Origin: an uncultured candidate division Zixibacteria bacterium
GTDB lineage: Bacteria; Zixibacteria; MSB-5A5; UBA10806
Direction of reading: 5' to 3'
Length of the DNA: 64,000 bases
Assembly (NCBI GenBank): GCA_963801605.1
Contig: CAWDFP010000006.1
Span: forward strand, 416,001 to 480,000
The notes below the pieces were generated by a model. That model searched no databases. It was not told the DNA's origin and saw only the letters and a program-made list of their open reading frames with translations. Position 1 is the first letter of the stretch. Each line of letters begins with the position of its first letter. Below, piece by piece: positions 10,211 through 21,764 of the stretch. The position numbers and the translations under genes are program-made.

Positions 10211-10543
10211 ATGTCACCATCGGAACTGCTCAAACAATATGTCATTTTACATAACCAGGGAGTGCAGGGGGCCAGTTTTCAACCATTGATATCGCTGTTT
10301 GCCTTTGATTCTGTTCTCGCTTTCGAAAATAATAAAATCGGAGCCTTTGAAGGGAAAGTCAGGATTGAGGACATATTCCGTAAGCAACCGCCCGAATTTC
10401 TTCTGGGTATCGGTAAAATAGTGGAACAGGGGAATACTGCCACTACTGATTATTTTGACATGAAAGATCCCAAGGTTAAACTTGGTTCCTTAACGCTGAC
10501 AATGGAAGGCGAAAAAATAACGAAATTGATCATCGGGAGTTAG
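10211..10543 (+). CDS. Small NTF2/SnoaL-like protein
   Basis: 110 aa with a 'LISLFAFDSVL…FEGKVRI' pattern typical of SnoaL-like folds. Confidence 0.5.
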   Translation: MSPSELLKQYVILHNQGVQGASFQPLISLFAFDSVLAFENNKIGAFEGKVRIEDIFRKQPPEFLLGIGKIVEQGNTATTDYFDMKDPKVKLGSLTLTMEGEKITKLIIGS

Positions 10544-10546
10544 AGA

Positions 10547-11119
10547 ATGACTATAAATCGCTGTTACTTGATTAGAAAAAAGAAAGTTATATACCTGTTT
10601 ATTATTGCGATAGCCATTTTGCTTTTAGGTTCTTGCGCTTCGCATGTTCGACGAGAGATGCCAATCGAAAAGGGATATCTTACCGAGGATATACTCTACG
10701 AGATCAATCAGGATGTCCGTTATACTTATTTCCATTACGCCGATAGTTCAATAGCTTCGGGCCTTATGCTTCGTTGGGAGCCGGATTCGATTTTAATCCA
10801 GGGGCGCGGCGAGATTAAACCGCGAATGATTACAACCGATGGCCTGGTGTATATCGATGCTGTCTCCGGTAATAAAATAGGCCCAGGAATCCTATTGGGG
10901 ACGGCTGCCGCGGGGCTTTATTTCGCTCTGGTACGTGGCTGGGAAATAAATAACGTTACTTTTCTAAGCGCCCTGGGAAAACTACTGGTGCCTCCGGCTA
11001 TCATCGTAACAGCTATCGGAATAGGTTCATCGAAAGAGACAAAAGAAACATATTATTTATCCCCCGGTTTTATATTTGATTATGAAGCCGTTAAGAGGTA
11101 TCATCAGACACTGAAATAA
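10547..11119 (+). CDS. Hypothetical lipoprotein/membrane protein
   Basis: Lipobox-like LLGSC and two C-terminal Gly/Ala-rich hydrophobic segments. Confidence 0.55.
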   Translation: MTINRCYLIRKKKVIYLFIIAIAILLLGSCASHVRREMPIEKGYLTEDILYEINQDVRYTYFHYADSSIASGLMLRWEPDSILIQGRGEIKPRMITTDGLVYIDAVSGNKIGPGILLGTAAAGLYFALVRGWEINNVTFLSALGKLLVPPAIIVTAIGIGSSKETKETYYLSPGFIFDYEAVKRYHQTLK

Positions 11120-11254
11120 ACATATATTGAACCCAGGGAACCATTCTCGTTTGCCGGATTAACGAATACAGTTGCATAGCATCCTGCACACGATTATACT
11201 ATGGGGTTCGTAAGCGCCCAAAGCGATTTTGCCCGAAGCAAGAGGAGGATACGG

Positions 11255-11680
11255 ATGGATATAGAAGTAAGGCTTGCCGAACAACGAGATTTGGAGATCA
11301 TCCATGATATCCTCGAGGAAATACAGCCCTCAAGTATCAAAGATCGTGCCCAAAGACTTACAGAGGCGCTTGATTCAACTTTTTCATCATATCTGGTGGC
11401 GGTCTCGGCCGGCAAGGTTATCGGTTTCCTAAATATTTGGCACCTCCCGGATATTGTTGACGGCGGCCGCATGGGGATCGTACTCGATTGTTATGTCTCC
11501 ACTGATTATCGCAGGCAGGGTGTCGGGGAAATGCTCCTAAATTCGGGCCTTGAGCTAGGCAAAAAATATGGAATTAATAAATATTACGGCTGGATCTCCC
11601 CCCAAAATAAGGCCGCAGTCGCTCTTCTCAAAAAATTCGGTTTCACGACCGAAAGCCTGATGCTTGAGAAAAAAGCTTAG
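11255..11680 (+). CDS. GNAT family N-acetyltransferase
   Basis: YVSTDYRRQGVG motif A and N..AVALLKKFGF. RBS GAGGAGG precedes ATG 11255. Confidence 0.85.
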   Translation: MDIEVRLAEQRDLEIIHDILEEIQPSSIKDRAQRLTEALDSTFSSYLVAVSAGKVIGFLNIWHLPDIVDGGRMGIVLDCYVSTDYRRQGVGEMLLNSGLELGKKYGINKYYGWISPQNKAAVALLKKFGFTTESLMLEKKA

Positions 11681-11693
11681 GGGTATGATAATG

Positions 11694-11726
11694 AAGGCGT
11701 CGGATAATATATCCGGCGCCTTTTTT
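11694..11726. terminator. Intrinsic terminator between convergent genes
   Basis: AAGGCGTCGGAT…ATCCGGCGCCTT hairpin followed by TTTTTT. Confidence 0.75.
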
Positions 11727-11747
11727 GTTTTTAAAATTGAATCTAAA

Positions 11748-12746
11748 TTATTTGGTTAGAAAGAGTTTTTTGCCTGACGGTAATAGGCCCCACTGCCCAC
11801 CGGTATGGATAAAAAGGATATTAGACCCCGATGAAAAACGGCCCTCGCTAACCCGAGCGAACAGGCCAAGCAGCGCTTTTGACGTATATGCCGGATCAAG
11901 CACAATGCCTGAATTGGCCGCCACGTCACGGATAAAACGCGTTTCCGCAGGCCCGATTTTGGCATATCCCGGGCCGATAAAATTATCATCGATTTGAATT
12001 TGTTCCGGGTTAAGCCCGAGATCTTTGGAAAGTTCGTTTTCTACCGTCAGGCAAATATCGAATATTCTTTTCTGGAAAAAGAGGCTGTCTCGGCAGACTG
12101 CAAAACCCAAAATATCGATATCCCATCCGCTGATTTTGGCTCCCAGATAAAGCCCGGCGTAGGTGCCACCGGAACCAACCGCAGTAACAATGACGTCGAT
12201 ATCGATGCCAGACGATTCGGTCTGCTTTTTAATCTCTTTGAGAGCTTTAATATAGCCCCAGGCGCCCAAAGGGTCCGAGCCACCTTCTGGGATTATATAC
12301 GGCTTTTTGCCTTTCGACTTAAGGCGTGCGGCCATATCCCGCATAACCTCATCAACTCCGGTTTCGTATTCCTTGACGGAGATAAATTTAACCCTGGCGC
12401 CGAAAAGTTTTGAAAGGAAATAGTTGCCTTCAGGATTGATCGGTTCTTTTCCCTTAAGAACAAGGTGACATTCCACTCCAGCCGTAGCGCAAATCGCCGC
12501 TACCGCCCGACAATGGTTTGACTGCACTCCGCCGCAGGTGATTACCGTATTGCAGCGGGATGCCAAAAGATCATAGAAAAGAAATTCCAGTTTGCGGACC
12601 TTGTTGCCCGAAAGGATCGAGCCGGTAAGATCGTCACGCTTAATAAAAAGGTTCACCCCGGAATCGGGGGATGGTGACAATGGCAGGATCTCGATGGGCG
12701 TGGGCAATTGGGCCAATGAAAAGCGCGGAGGGGGTTGGATAACCAT
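11748..12746 (-). CDS. dcyD: D-cysteine desulfhydrase / ACC deaminase family PLP enzyme
   Basis: KRDDLTG, SGNKVRKLEF, GGVQSNHCR, IPEGGS, GSGGTYAG and IHTGG. Confidence 0.88.
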   Translation of the reverse strand: MVIQPPPRFSLAQLPTPIEILPLSPSPDSGVNLFIKRDDLTGSILSGNKVRKLEFLFYDLLASRCNTVITCGGVQSNHCRAVAAICATAGVECHLVLKGKEPINPEGNYFLSKLFGARVKFISVKEYETGVDEVMRDMAARLKSKGKKPYIIPEGGSDPLGAWGYIKALKEIKKQTESSGIDIDVIVTAVGSGGTYAGLYLGAKISGWDIDILGFAVCRDSLFFQKRIFDICLTVENELSKDLGLNPEQIQIDDNFIGPGYAKIGPAETRFIRDVAANSGIVLDPAYTSKALLGLFARVSEGRFSSGSNILFIHTGGQWGLLPSGKKLFLTK

Positions 12747-12772
12747 AAAATAATTTAAGCTTTCATTAATAG

Positions 12773-13492
12773 TTATGCGAGGTTTTGTTCGGATTCGGCG
12801 GGTTTGGGAGTATCTTCGGTTCGTTCCGGCAAACCTGAGATAATATTAAGGAACTGCTTGGTTTCCTCGAGTCGATACCCCGGCAGGTCCAAAACACCCG
12901 GAATCTGGCGGATCTCGGCGGGGGTATAAGCTGATCGGAATGATTTTTTTAGATCGTCGGCAATCTCTTTGCCCATTTCGAATCTAATTTGCTGCACGAA
13001 AAACGTGAAAGGTATGCCGGGCTGATCGCGCCTGAAATCTGAAACATAGACAATACTGTTTTTCTTCCGTACCCTTTCAATTTCGGCGAAGATTTTCTGA
13101 GGTTCATTCCATTGGTGAAGCGCCAGGAAACTTACAACCGCGTCGAATTCCCCGTCGCCAAATGGAAATTTGTCCTCTTGCCAATATTTGGGCGTTATCC
13201 TGCCGTTGTAGCCGTGCCGTGAGGTGATGACTTCGGCGGCCCGCACCAGGGTTCGCGATTTTTCAAGCCCTATTACGGTAGAATACTCATCAAGCGAGCA
13301 TATCCTCATGCCCAGAATACCAAAGCCGCATCCCAAATCAAGAACCCGGCCTTCGATATTTTTGGAGGCAACAATGGTCTCGACCAGTTCAGTGTAATAC
13401 TGACGGAGATTGAGGTCGAAGAATTCGAAGTATTTGTCAACGTCGTGGTAATCTACGTCCTGGTTTGACCACGATACTCGTTTTTTCGGCAT
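12773..13492 (-). CDS. Class I SAM-dependent methyltransferase
   Basis: VLDLGCGFG, PFGDGEFDAVVS and ALHQW. Confidence 0.8.
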   Translation of the reverse strand: MPKKRVSWSNQDVDYHDVDKYFEFFDLNLRQYYTELVETIVASKNIEGRVLDLGCGFGILGMRICSLDEYSTVIGLEKSRTLVRAAEVITSRHGYNGRITPKYWQEDKFPFGDGEFDAVVSFLALHQWNEPQKIFAEIERVRKKNSIVYVSDFRRDQPGIPFTFFVQQIRFEMGKEIADDLKKSFRSAYTPAEIRQIPGVLDLPGYRLEETKQFLNIISGLPERTEDTPKPAESEQNLA

Positions 13493-13977
13493 GTCTCTAT
13501 ATTCGGCTAAACGAACAGTTTTGTCAAGTCCTTATGAAAGAATTTTTATTAGATATTTCAATTTTAGCTCCGAAATTTATTCTGGGGGCTGATTAAATTA
13601 TCTAACTATTAGATTTGTTTTTATGAAATTTATTAAGGGGCTAATATCAATAAAATAAAAAATATCATAATATCAGGTCCTTATTTAATAATTTATGACA
13701 TCTGGCGTAACAATAGGACTTTTATAATACAAATTTGGTATGCTTTGCTTATAAATCGAGACAAAGCCTTTTTATTTTATATTAATTCGTTGTCAGAAAC
13801 CGGTTGAATTCATTGGTTTCATCTCCTATACTGGCTCCGTAGTTTTATCTTGTTCTGGAACAACTATAATAAGATTTAGGTTAAGCGCATTGTAGAAGGT
13901 GGCGCTTTCCAGCGGGTGAGGGCACATTTTCGCCAAAAAGAAAGCCGGGCTGGGGAATCAGACAAGGATGAGCGAGT
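13493..13977. promoter_or_regulatory. AT-rich divergent promoter region upstream of the ACIII/oxidase operon
   Basis: A ~480-bp non-coding, strongly AT-rich spacer between divergent genes. No specific operator was identified. Confidence 0.5.
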
Positions 13978-14625
13978 TTGGCGCAGATATTTCCCGAATG
14001 GACCAATAAAATTCCCACTATAATAGCGATTACCGTCGCCGTTTTTATCGTCGCGGTAATTGGCTTTTTCTGGTATTATGGCTCGCCCCGCTATACCGAT
14101 GTTGGATACCGTCCAATTCAACCGGTTTACTACAGCCATAATTTGCATGCCGGCGATTTGGGGATCGATTGCCGTTATTGCCATTACGATATCGAATATT
14201 CATCGGTGGCTAATTTACCCCCGACTCAAGTGTGTATGAACTGCCATAAAATTATCGGAACCGATAATGACAGGCTGCAGCCGGTCAGAGATAGCTGGGC
14301 GAACGATATTCCGATTCGATGGGTGAGAGTTCATTCGCTTCCGGATTACGCCTATTTTAACCACGCCGCTCATTTGCGCGCCGGGGTGGGATGTTCTACC
14401 TGTCATGGTAATATTGCGGCCATGGAGGTTGTAGAACAGAAACAACCGTTATCAATGGGTTGGTGCCTGGATTGTCATCGCAATCCCGGACCGAGCCTTC
14501 GTCCCTTAGATCAGATTACCAACATGACCTGGAAGGCGCCATCCAACCAACAAGAGATCGCCTCAAAGCTTATCGAGGATAGAAAGATCGCTCCGCCGGT
14601 CGAATGTTCGGGATGTCACAGATGA
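13978..14625 (+). CDS. actA: Alternative complex III pentaheme cytochrome ActA
   Basis: N-terminal TM helix and five CxxCH motifs (CRYCH, CMNCH, CSTCH, CLDCH, CSGCH); LSMGWC. Confidence 0.93.
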   Translation: MAQIFPEWTNKIPTIIAITVAVFIVAVIGFFWYYGSPRYTDVGYRPIQPVYYSHNLHAGDLGIDCRYCHYDIEYSSVANLPPTQVCMNCHKIIGTDNDRLQPVRDSWANDIPIRWVRVHSLPDYAYFNHAAHLRAGVGCSTCHGNIAAMEVVEQKQPLSMGWCLDCHRNPGPSLRPLDQITNMTWKAPSNQQEIASKLIEDRKIAPPVECSGCHR

Positions 14626-17600
14626 AAAAATACTGGCAAAACATAAACGAATTGTCCGCAGAACCGCTAAAGAACGAACTCCAGGATATTCCGGGATTAT
14701 TAGCCGAGATTTCTGATCCGGTTAATCGCAGGAAATTTCTGTCTATTATGGGAGCTTCGATGGCGATGGCAGGTTTTGCCGGATGCCGTCGGCCGCTTGA
14801 GCATATTGTTCCCTATGTCAAAGCTCCGGAGGAGATCATTCCGGGCGTAGCTAATTACTATGCTACCACTATGCCCTTTGGAGTTGACGCTTTTGGTTTA
14901 ATTGTGGAATGCCACGAGGGCCGTCCCACTAAAATCGAGGGCAACCCGGATCATCCGTCAACGTATCGGAAGGTCAAATCCATTCATTCAGGCGTCGATT
15001 CTCCAGCTATACGATCCGGATCGCTCTAAAAGCGTGAAGAAGGGGGGCGCTGAATCAAGCTGGGCTGATTTCGTCTCTTTCTGGAATGATTCGATGCCCG
15101 CGCTTCAAGCCAACGGCGGAGCTGGTTTGGCTATTTTAAGCGAGCAATTTTCATCGCCCACTATGGCGCTATTAAAAGATCGATTCCTCAAATTATATCC
15201 GCAAGCCAAATGGGTGAATTACGAGCCAATAAGTGATGAGAATGTTTATGACGGTATCAAGATTGCTACCGGAAAAACTTATCAGCCGGTTTATCATTTC
15301 GATAAAACTAAGGTCGTCCTTTCACTCGATTCCGATTTCCTCTATTCGGAAAGCGATAGCGTCAGAAACGCCAAAGGCTTTGCCGATGGCCGCCGCGTGA
15401 AATCCGAGAATGACGAAATGAATCGCCTTTATGTAGTTGAGAGTGCTTTCACGCTCACAGGAGCAATGGCGGACCATAGGATCGCGTTTCCCGCCAATCT
15501 GACCAGCGCTTGCGCTACAGGCCTTTATAATGAGCTCATGCGTCAGGGGCTGCAGATCCCAGAGTCACATCTGCTTTCTCGTTCAGAAAGCGGGTTTTTT
15601 AATAAAATGATACAGGTCGCCGCAAGTGATCTCTTAAAAGTAAAAGGCGAGGGCTTGATCTTAGTCGGACGAAACCAGCCGCCCCAGGTGCATGCTTTGG
15701 TTTTCGCGTTAAATTCTGCGCTCGGCAATGTCGGAAATACCGTTACTTATCATGAAAATCCCGATGCTTTATACTCGAGCCTTTCCGATTTCTCCGATCT
15801 GTGCGCCGAAATGAGAACCGGTAAAATTACAACTCTGGTAATATTGGGCGGTAATCCCGCCTATAATGCGCCAGTTGATTTGGGTTTTTCTGAGGCTCTT
15901 AAAAACGTTCCTAATACAATTCGGCTCGGAAAGTTCGAGGATGAAACCTCAAGTTTATGCCAGTGGCATCTCCCCGAAACACACTATCTCGAAAGCTGGG
16001 GCGATGCCCGATCAGTTGATGGCACTCTGAGCGTCATTCAGCCGATGATTGCACCGCTGTATGGTGGAAGAAGCCCATTCGAGGTAGCTGCCTTTCTTTC
16101 CAGCGGGCAGGAAAGCGGCGGATATGACATTATTCGCGAAACCTGGAAAAATATCATAACCGGACCAAATTTCGAAAAATCCTGGAACCGTGTTCTAAAT
16201 GATGGTTTTTATAAAGGAAATTCATTACCGGATATTGTACCTAAGGTAAATCCCCAATCCGCGAATGGGGACTCCATATCACCTAAAGTTCCCGAAGAGA
16301 ATCCCCGCTCGAATAATTATGAAATTATTTTCCGTCCATCTAATACAATCTTCGATGGCTGCTACGCCAACAACGCCTGGCTACAGGAGTTGCCCGATCC
16401 GCTCACCAAGCTAACCTGGGATAACCCCGCCCTGATAAGCCCGAAGAACGCCCGCGAGCTGTCGCTTTCAAACGGCGATATGGTCAGGTTAAGCTACCGC
16501 GGCCAAAAGCTTGAGATACCGGTTTGGATCATGCCCGGACAGGCTGAAAATACCATCATACTCAACTTAGGTTACGGCCGAAAAAAAGCCGGTCAGGTTG
16601 GAAACGATGTAGGCTTCGATACCTATCAGCTTAGAAAATCCAGTGATCTATACTTTGCCTACGGCCTTTCGCTCGAAAAGACTGGAGAAACATATCCTCT
16701 GGCCACGTCTCAGGTGCAAGGCACAATGGTTGGCCGTCCGATAGTCCGCGAGGCAACCCTGGCATATTATAAAGAGCATCCCAATTTCGCGCCGGAAGAG
16801 GTGGAATCTAAGGACCCTCATTCACTCTGGAAAGAACATCAGTTCGATAAGGGCAATCAGTGGGGGATGGCAATAGATCTTACCGTTTGTATCGGCTGCG
16901 GAGCCTGTACTATGGCCTGCCAGAGCGAAAACAATATTCCTATAGTCGGCAAAGAGCAGGTCTCTAAAAACCGCTGGATGCATTGGATCAGGGTCGATCG
17001 TTATTTCAGCGGGGATTCCGATAATCCCGAGATTGTTCATCAACCGGTACCCTGTATGCATTGCGAAATGGCGCCCTGCGAACAGGTCTGCCCGGTCAAC
17101 GCCACTGTGCATGATCACGAAGGTCTCAACCTGCAGGTTTACAACCGATGCATCGGGACTCGTTACTGTTCCAATAACTGTCCTTATAAAGTTCGACGAT
17201 TTAACTTTTTCAATTATACAAACAAAACCGCTGAGACTCTCAAGATGCTGATGAACCCCAACGTTACCGTTCGTGGACGGGGGGTAATGGAAAAGTGTAC
17301 GTACTGCCTGCAGCGGATCAAAAAGGGAGAGTTTGCGGCCAAAGGAGAAAACCGCGATATCCGTGACGGCGAGGTCGTTGCGGCTTGCTCACAGGCCTGC
17401 CCGACCAATGCTATCGTTTTCGGGCTTATATCCGATTCGAAGAGCAGAGTGACTGAAACTAAAAAACAAAATCGAAATTATGGGATGCTTACTGAATATA
17501 ACACTCGGCCAAGGACAACTTATCTGGCCAAGATTCGCAATCCTCATCCGGAATTAGAGGCGCTGGAGCAGAAAACAGAGACATTCGGATTAATACTTGA

Positions 17601-17664
17601 TGAATACCGCCGGAAAATCATCGCAAGTTTTAAGCCCGGTAGAAGAGCCGCTCATCACGGGTAA
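14622..17664 (+). CDS. actB: Alternative complex III ActB (molybdopterin-oxidoreductase-like plus Fe-S domain); frameshift near 14963
   Basis: Tat motif RRKFL and lipobox [17 protein letters not shown] continues in another frame as [13 protein letters not shown]. Four Fe-S motifs ([39 protein letters not shown]…CSQAC). The long overlap with actC may reflect another indel, with the true stop near 17593. Confidence 0.9.
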
Positions 17665-19021
17665 CCCCTCTTTCCATGAGGTGACCGATAGAATTTGCCA
17701 TGTGGTTGAGGAAAAAACTCCGCGGGGCTGGTATATAATGATCAGCATCACCGGGCTGATTGCGCTGGTATTTCTGGCTTTTTTATATCATCTCTTTTTC
17801 GTAGGCATCGGAATTTGGGGAAATCAGATTCCGGTGGGCTGGGCGTTCGATATCACCAATTTCGTCTTCTGGGTCGGTATTGGCCATGCCGGGACTCTCA
17901 TCTCAGCAATTTTATTTTTGCTGCGTCAGCGCTGGAGAACCTCGATCAACCGTTTCGCGGAGGCCATGACGATCTTCGCCATTATCTGCGCCGGCATTTG
18001 GCCCGCTATTCACGTGGGACGCCCCTGGCTTCTTTACTATGTATTTCCGGTGCCCAACCAGATGAGCATCTGGCCTGACTTCCGCAGCCCGCTTCTCTGG
18101 GATTTCTTTGCAGTGGGAACATATTTTACCTGTTCGCTTCTTTTCTGGTATTTAGGTATGGTTCCCGATTTGGCGACTCTTAGGAATCGCGCCAAAAGCA
18201 GGTTCAAAAAGATCAGCTATGGCCTGTTATCATTGGGCTGGCGCGGAGGTAACCGTCAATGGCAGCATTACGAGGTTGCCTATCTGCTTTTGGCGGGCAT
18301 TTCTACGCCTTTGGTGCTATCTGTCCACAGCGTGGTGAGCACAGATTTTGCCACCAGCCTGCTGCCGGGCTGGCACAGTACCATTTTCCCGCCATATTTT
18401 GTGGCCGGAGCCATATTCTCCGGCTTTGCTATGGTGATGACTCTGGGCATTATTGCCCGTCGAGTTTTCCATTTGGAAAACTTTATAACCATCCGCCACT
18501 TTGACAGGATGTGTAAAATAGTCCTCGTTACCGGGCTTATGGTAGGCTACTCCTACTTAATTGAATTCTTCATGGCCTGGTATAGCGGCAATATCTACGA
18601 GAAATTTGCCTTCATGAATCGCGCTTTCGGTCCTTATGCCTGGGCTTATTGGATTATGATCGTCTGCAATATGTTCGTGCCGCAGATCTTCTGGTTTAAG
18701 AGGATGCGCACGACTATTCCGGTGATATTCATCGCCTCGCTTCTGATAAATGTGGGGATGTGGTTTGAGCGCTTCGTGATTATCGTTACATCGCTGGCAC
18801 ACGATTTTCTACCGTCAAGCTGGCATTACTATAAGCCCACGATTTTTGATATCGGAATGCTGGTTGGCTCTTTTGGAATATTTTTAACTCTCTTCCTCCT
18901 GTTCCTGCGCTCACTTCCTATGATCGCCATGTCAGAAGTCAAGGCTATCCTGCCTCAGGCATCAACCCACACAAACGTCAATGAGAGCGTAAATCGCAAC
19001 ACAAACGGGCCGGCAGGGTAG
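17600..19021 (+). CDS. actC: Alternative complex III ActC (NrfD/PsrC family)
   Basis: [41 protein letters not shown] and MWFERF. Confidence 0.95.
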   Translation: MNTAGKSSQVLSPVEEPLITGNPSFHEVTDRICHVVEEKTPRGWYIMISITGLIALVFLAFLYHLFFVGIGIWGNQIPVGWAFDITNFVFWVGIGHAGTLISAILFLLRQRWRTSINRFAEAMTIFAIICAGIWPAIHVGRPWLLYYVFPVPNQMSIWPDFRSPLLWDFFAVGTYFTCSLLFWYLGMVPDLATLRNRAKSRFKKISYGLLSLGWRGGNRQWQHYEVAYLLLAGISTPLVLSVHSVVSTDFATSLLPGWHSTIFPPYFVAGAIFSGFAMVMTLGIIARRVFHLENFITIRHFDRMCKIVLVTGLMVGYSYLIEFFMAWYSGNIYEKFAFMNRAFGPYAWAYWIMIVCNMFVPQIFWFKRMRTTIPVIFIASLLINVGMWFERFVIIVTSLAHDFLPSSWHYYKPTIFDIGMLVGSFGIFLTLFLLFLRSLPMIAMSEVKAILPQASTHTNVNESVNRNTNGPAG

Positions 19022-19026
19022 CAACA

Positions 19027-19563
19027 ATGGCAAAGAATAAAAATAAAATCATCCTGGTTCAATTTGAAAGCCCCGAAAAACTTCTTAGGGCCGCAGGTGA
19101 AATACACAAAGCCGGGTATAGTAATTTTGATTGTCATTCGCCATTTCCCGTACATGGCCTCGATAGAGCCATGGGCCTAAAAAGATCTAAGCTTTCGATG
19201 CTCGTTGGGCTTTTTGCCCTGATCGGCCTTGCCGGCGCCTTTCTGATGCAGTACTGGATGTCGGCAGTAGACTACCCTCTTCTTGTTTCGGGCAAACCGT
19301 TTAATAGTTATCAAACCGATACCCCGGTTGTCTTTGCACTGGCGGTACTCCTCGCGGCGTTTGCTTCTTTCTTTGGGATGTTGATAATAACGAGATTGCC
19401 TCGCTATCATCATCCTTTATTCTCATCGGAACGCTTTGAGATGTTTTCGGATAACGGCTTTTTCATCAGCGTGGAATCCGGCGATCCCAAATTCGATCTC
19501 GAAAAAACGTCTGCTTTTCTCTCCGAAATTGGGGGAACAGATCTGGAGGTATTGGAGGCATGA
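19027..19563 (+). CDS. actD: Alternative complex III ActD (DUF3341)
   Basis: HSPFPVHGLD, YPLLVSGKP and two TM helices; position in the operon. Confidence 0.92.
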   Translation: MAKNKNKIILVQFESPEKLLRAAGEIHKAGYSNFDCHSPFPVHGLDRAMGLKRSKLSMLVGLFALIGLAGAFLMQYWMSAVDYPLLVSGKPFNSYQTDTPVVFALAVLLAAFASFFGMLIITRLPRYHHPLFSSERFEMFSDNGFFISVESGDPKFDLEKTSAFLSEIGGTDLEVLEA

Positions 19564-20159
19564 AACGCGGTCTGATCATCGGTATTGGGCTAATATTATT
19601 TTTGGGCTGCGTTAAGGGTGTTCCCTCGGATAAGCCTCCGATACATATAATTCGAGATATGTATAATCAGCCCCGTTATGATCCCCAATCGGAGAGCAAG
19701 TTTTTCGCAGACAGCGCCTCGATGCGCCAGCCCGTTCCCGGGACAGTGGATAGAGGGGACGCCAAAGAAGATAGCGCTTATTATTTCGGTCAAGACAGCC
19801 AGGGAAATTATATTCAGATATCGCCGGCGCATATAACCCTCGATTTTCTCAAGCGCGGACAGGAGCGATTCAACATCTACTGCTCTCCATGTCATAGCCG
19901 TCTGGGGGATGGTAAAGGGATAGTTGTACAGCGAGGCTACTTGCCTCCGCCAAGTTTCCACACTGATCGCATTCGGAATTTTCCCGATGGTGAGTTTTTC
20001 GATGTCATCTCCAATGGGGTGCGGAATATGCCGTCCTACGGCGCCCAGATTAAAGTTGCGGATCGATGGGCAATCGTTGGCTATGTCCGGGCTCTTCAAT
20101 TAAGTCAGAATGCTCATTTAGAGGATATCCCTGCCGAATTGCGTGGCAGTATTAAATGA
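19560..20159 (+). CDS. actE: Alternative complex III ActE monoheme lipoprotein cytochrome c
   Basis: Lipobox FLGC, DMYNQP, RGQERFNIYCSPCH, MPSY and DRWAIV. Confidence 0.92.
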   Translation: MKRGLIIGIGLILFLGCVKGVPSDKPPIHIIRDMYNQPRYDPQSESKFFADSASMRQPVPGTVDRGDAKEDSAYYFGQDSQGNYIQISPAHITLDFLKRGQERFNIYCSPCHSRLGDGKGIVVQRGYLPPPSFHTDRIRNFPDGEFFDVISNGVRNMPSYGAQIKVADRWAIVGYVRALQLSQNAHLEDIPAELRGSIK

Positions 20160-20166
20160 GAAAAAG

Positions 20167-21348
20167 ATGATGGAACGGGATAAGTTTAACTTGGGAAATA
20201 GGGTCGGTTTTGGGGATCGAGCCTTAATCGTTGGGATAGTCGGACTCGTTCTAAGCTTAGCGGGATTTTTTATAGATCGAGGTCACTTTTTCCATTCATA
20301 TCTTATAGCCTATGTCTTCTGGCTTACCGTCGGTCTGGGAGCTCTCTTCTTCACGATGCTTCATCATCTGGTGAACTCGACCTGGAGCGTGGCGCTGAGA
20401 AGAATCTCCGAAAACATAATGAGCACCCTGCCGCTTCTGGCGATTTTCGTCATACCGATTCTTTTAGGTATAGGAAACCTCTATCATTGGAGTCAGCCTA
20501 ATATAGTGGCCCAAGATCAGCTTTTGCAGGGTAAAACTGCTTATCTAAATGTGCCCTTTTTTATCATTAGAACGGTTCTCTACCTGACGGTTTGGACTTT
20601 GTTAGTCCGTGCCCTTTATGCTCAATCGGTTAAGCAGGATGAGGGTTTTGAGGAAAGCCGACTTATTAAAATGCGCCGTATAAGCGCACCGGGCATGATA
20701 GCATTTGCATTCACCTTGACCTTCGCCTCTTTTGATTGGCTGATGTCGCTCAACGCCTCCTGGTACTCCACCGCCTTTGGAGTTTATATTTTCTCCGGAA
20801 GCGTTCTCGCGGGCTTGGCTTTTATCACTCTGACTGTAATCTACCTAAACAATCAGGGTTATTTGAGAGATGTTATTACCTCGGAACATTATCATGATCT
20901 CGGCAAGCTTCTATTTACATTTGTAGTTTTTTGGGGATATATAGCGTTTGCCCAATACTTTTTGATCTGGTATGGAAATATACCCGAGGAAACCCAGTGG
21001 TTTAAGGCGCGCTGGGGCGGATTCTGGCAGTTTGTCACCCTGCTGATTGTATTCGGTCATTTCGTTTTTCCATTTGTGGTACTTATAACGCGTGGAGCCA
21101 AGCGCAGTTTACCGATTATGGCTTTTATGGGTATTTGGCTTTTATTTATTCATTGGGTTGATATTTATTGGGTGGTAATGCCCAGTCATCCCGAGCATAT
21201 TATTCAGTCGATCTGGATTGATTTTGTAACCATGGCCGGGGTTGGGGGAATTTTCTTCTGGTATTTCTGGCGTCGAATGAAAGCCGCCGCCCTGGTGCCG
21301 ATAACCGAGCCTAATCTTAAAGCCTCGATTGATTTTCAGAGCGATTAG
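20167..21348 (+). CDS. actF: Alternative complex III ActF membrane subunit
   Basis: About 10 TM helices; DWLMSL..WYST, HDLGKLL and QYFLIWYGNIPEET. Confidence 0.92.
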   Translation: MMERDKFNLGNRVGFGDRALIVGIVGLVLSLAGFFIDRGHFFHSYLIAYVFWLTVGLGALFFTMLHHLVNSTWSVALRRISENIMSTLPLLAIFVIPILLGIGNLYHWSQPNIVAQDQLLQGKTAYLNVPFFIIRTVLYLTVWTLLVRALYAQSVKQDEGFEESRLIKMRRISAPGMIAFAFTLTFASFDWLMSLNASWYSTAFGVYIFSGSVLAGLAFITLTVIYLNNQGYLRDVITSEHYHDLGKLLFTFVVFWGYIAFAQYFLIWYGNIPEETQWFKARWGGFWQFVTLLIVFGHFVFPFVVLITRGAKRSLPIMAFMGIWLLFIHWVDIYWVVMPSHPEHIIQSIWIDFVTMAGVGGIFFWYFWRRMKAAALVPITEPNLKASIDFQSD

Positions 21349-21360
21349 GAAATAGCATAA

Positions 21361-21723
21361 ATGAGCGAACACGAAAACAAATCGAATCCGACCCCAGGAT
21401 ATGAATCACGCGACCCCAAAATGGGACGAATTGTACTTATAGGTTTGGGTTCGATTGTATTTTTGGTTGTGGCAATCTATATATTAAATGAGGTCTTTAC
21501 AATCTCAAAAAATAAATTAGTGGAGGATGTTACCTTAACTCCGGTTTCGATCCCCCTGAGAGAGCTTCGAAGCCACGAGGATGAGGTGCTAAACTCCTAT
21601 AAAATCCTCGATTCGGCGCAAGGCGTGTATCAAATTCCTATTGAGCGAGCCATGGAAATAATTTCTGACAAAGCTAATCAACTGCATGGAATAAAATCCG
21701 AGGGGAACCTCGAAGGAAAATAG
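21361..21723 (+). CDS. ActG-like single-TM subunit
   Basis: GYESRD before a TM helix and C-terminal YQIPIERAM; lies after actF. Confidence 0.65.
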   Translation: MSEHENKSNPTPGYESRDPKMGRIVLIGLGSIVFLVVAIYILNEVFTISKNKLVEDVTLTPVSIPLRELRSHEDEVLNSYKILDSAQGVYQIPIERAMEIISDKANQLHGIKSEGNLEGK

Positions 21724-21764
21724 AGAGTCCTAATCAGGTAGTGCGGCAGGAGCGAGATTATAGA

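Noticed and set aside
13493..13977. FNR or Rex operator upstream of actA
   Set aside because: Only weak half-sites, as expected by chance in AT-rich DNA.
17597..17664. Genuine long actB/actC overlap
   Set aside because: One deletion near 17580 would end ActB at a TAA near 17593, so it is probably another indel.
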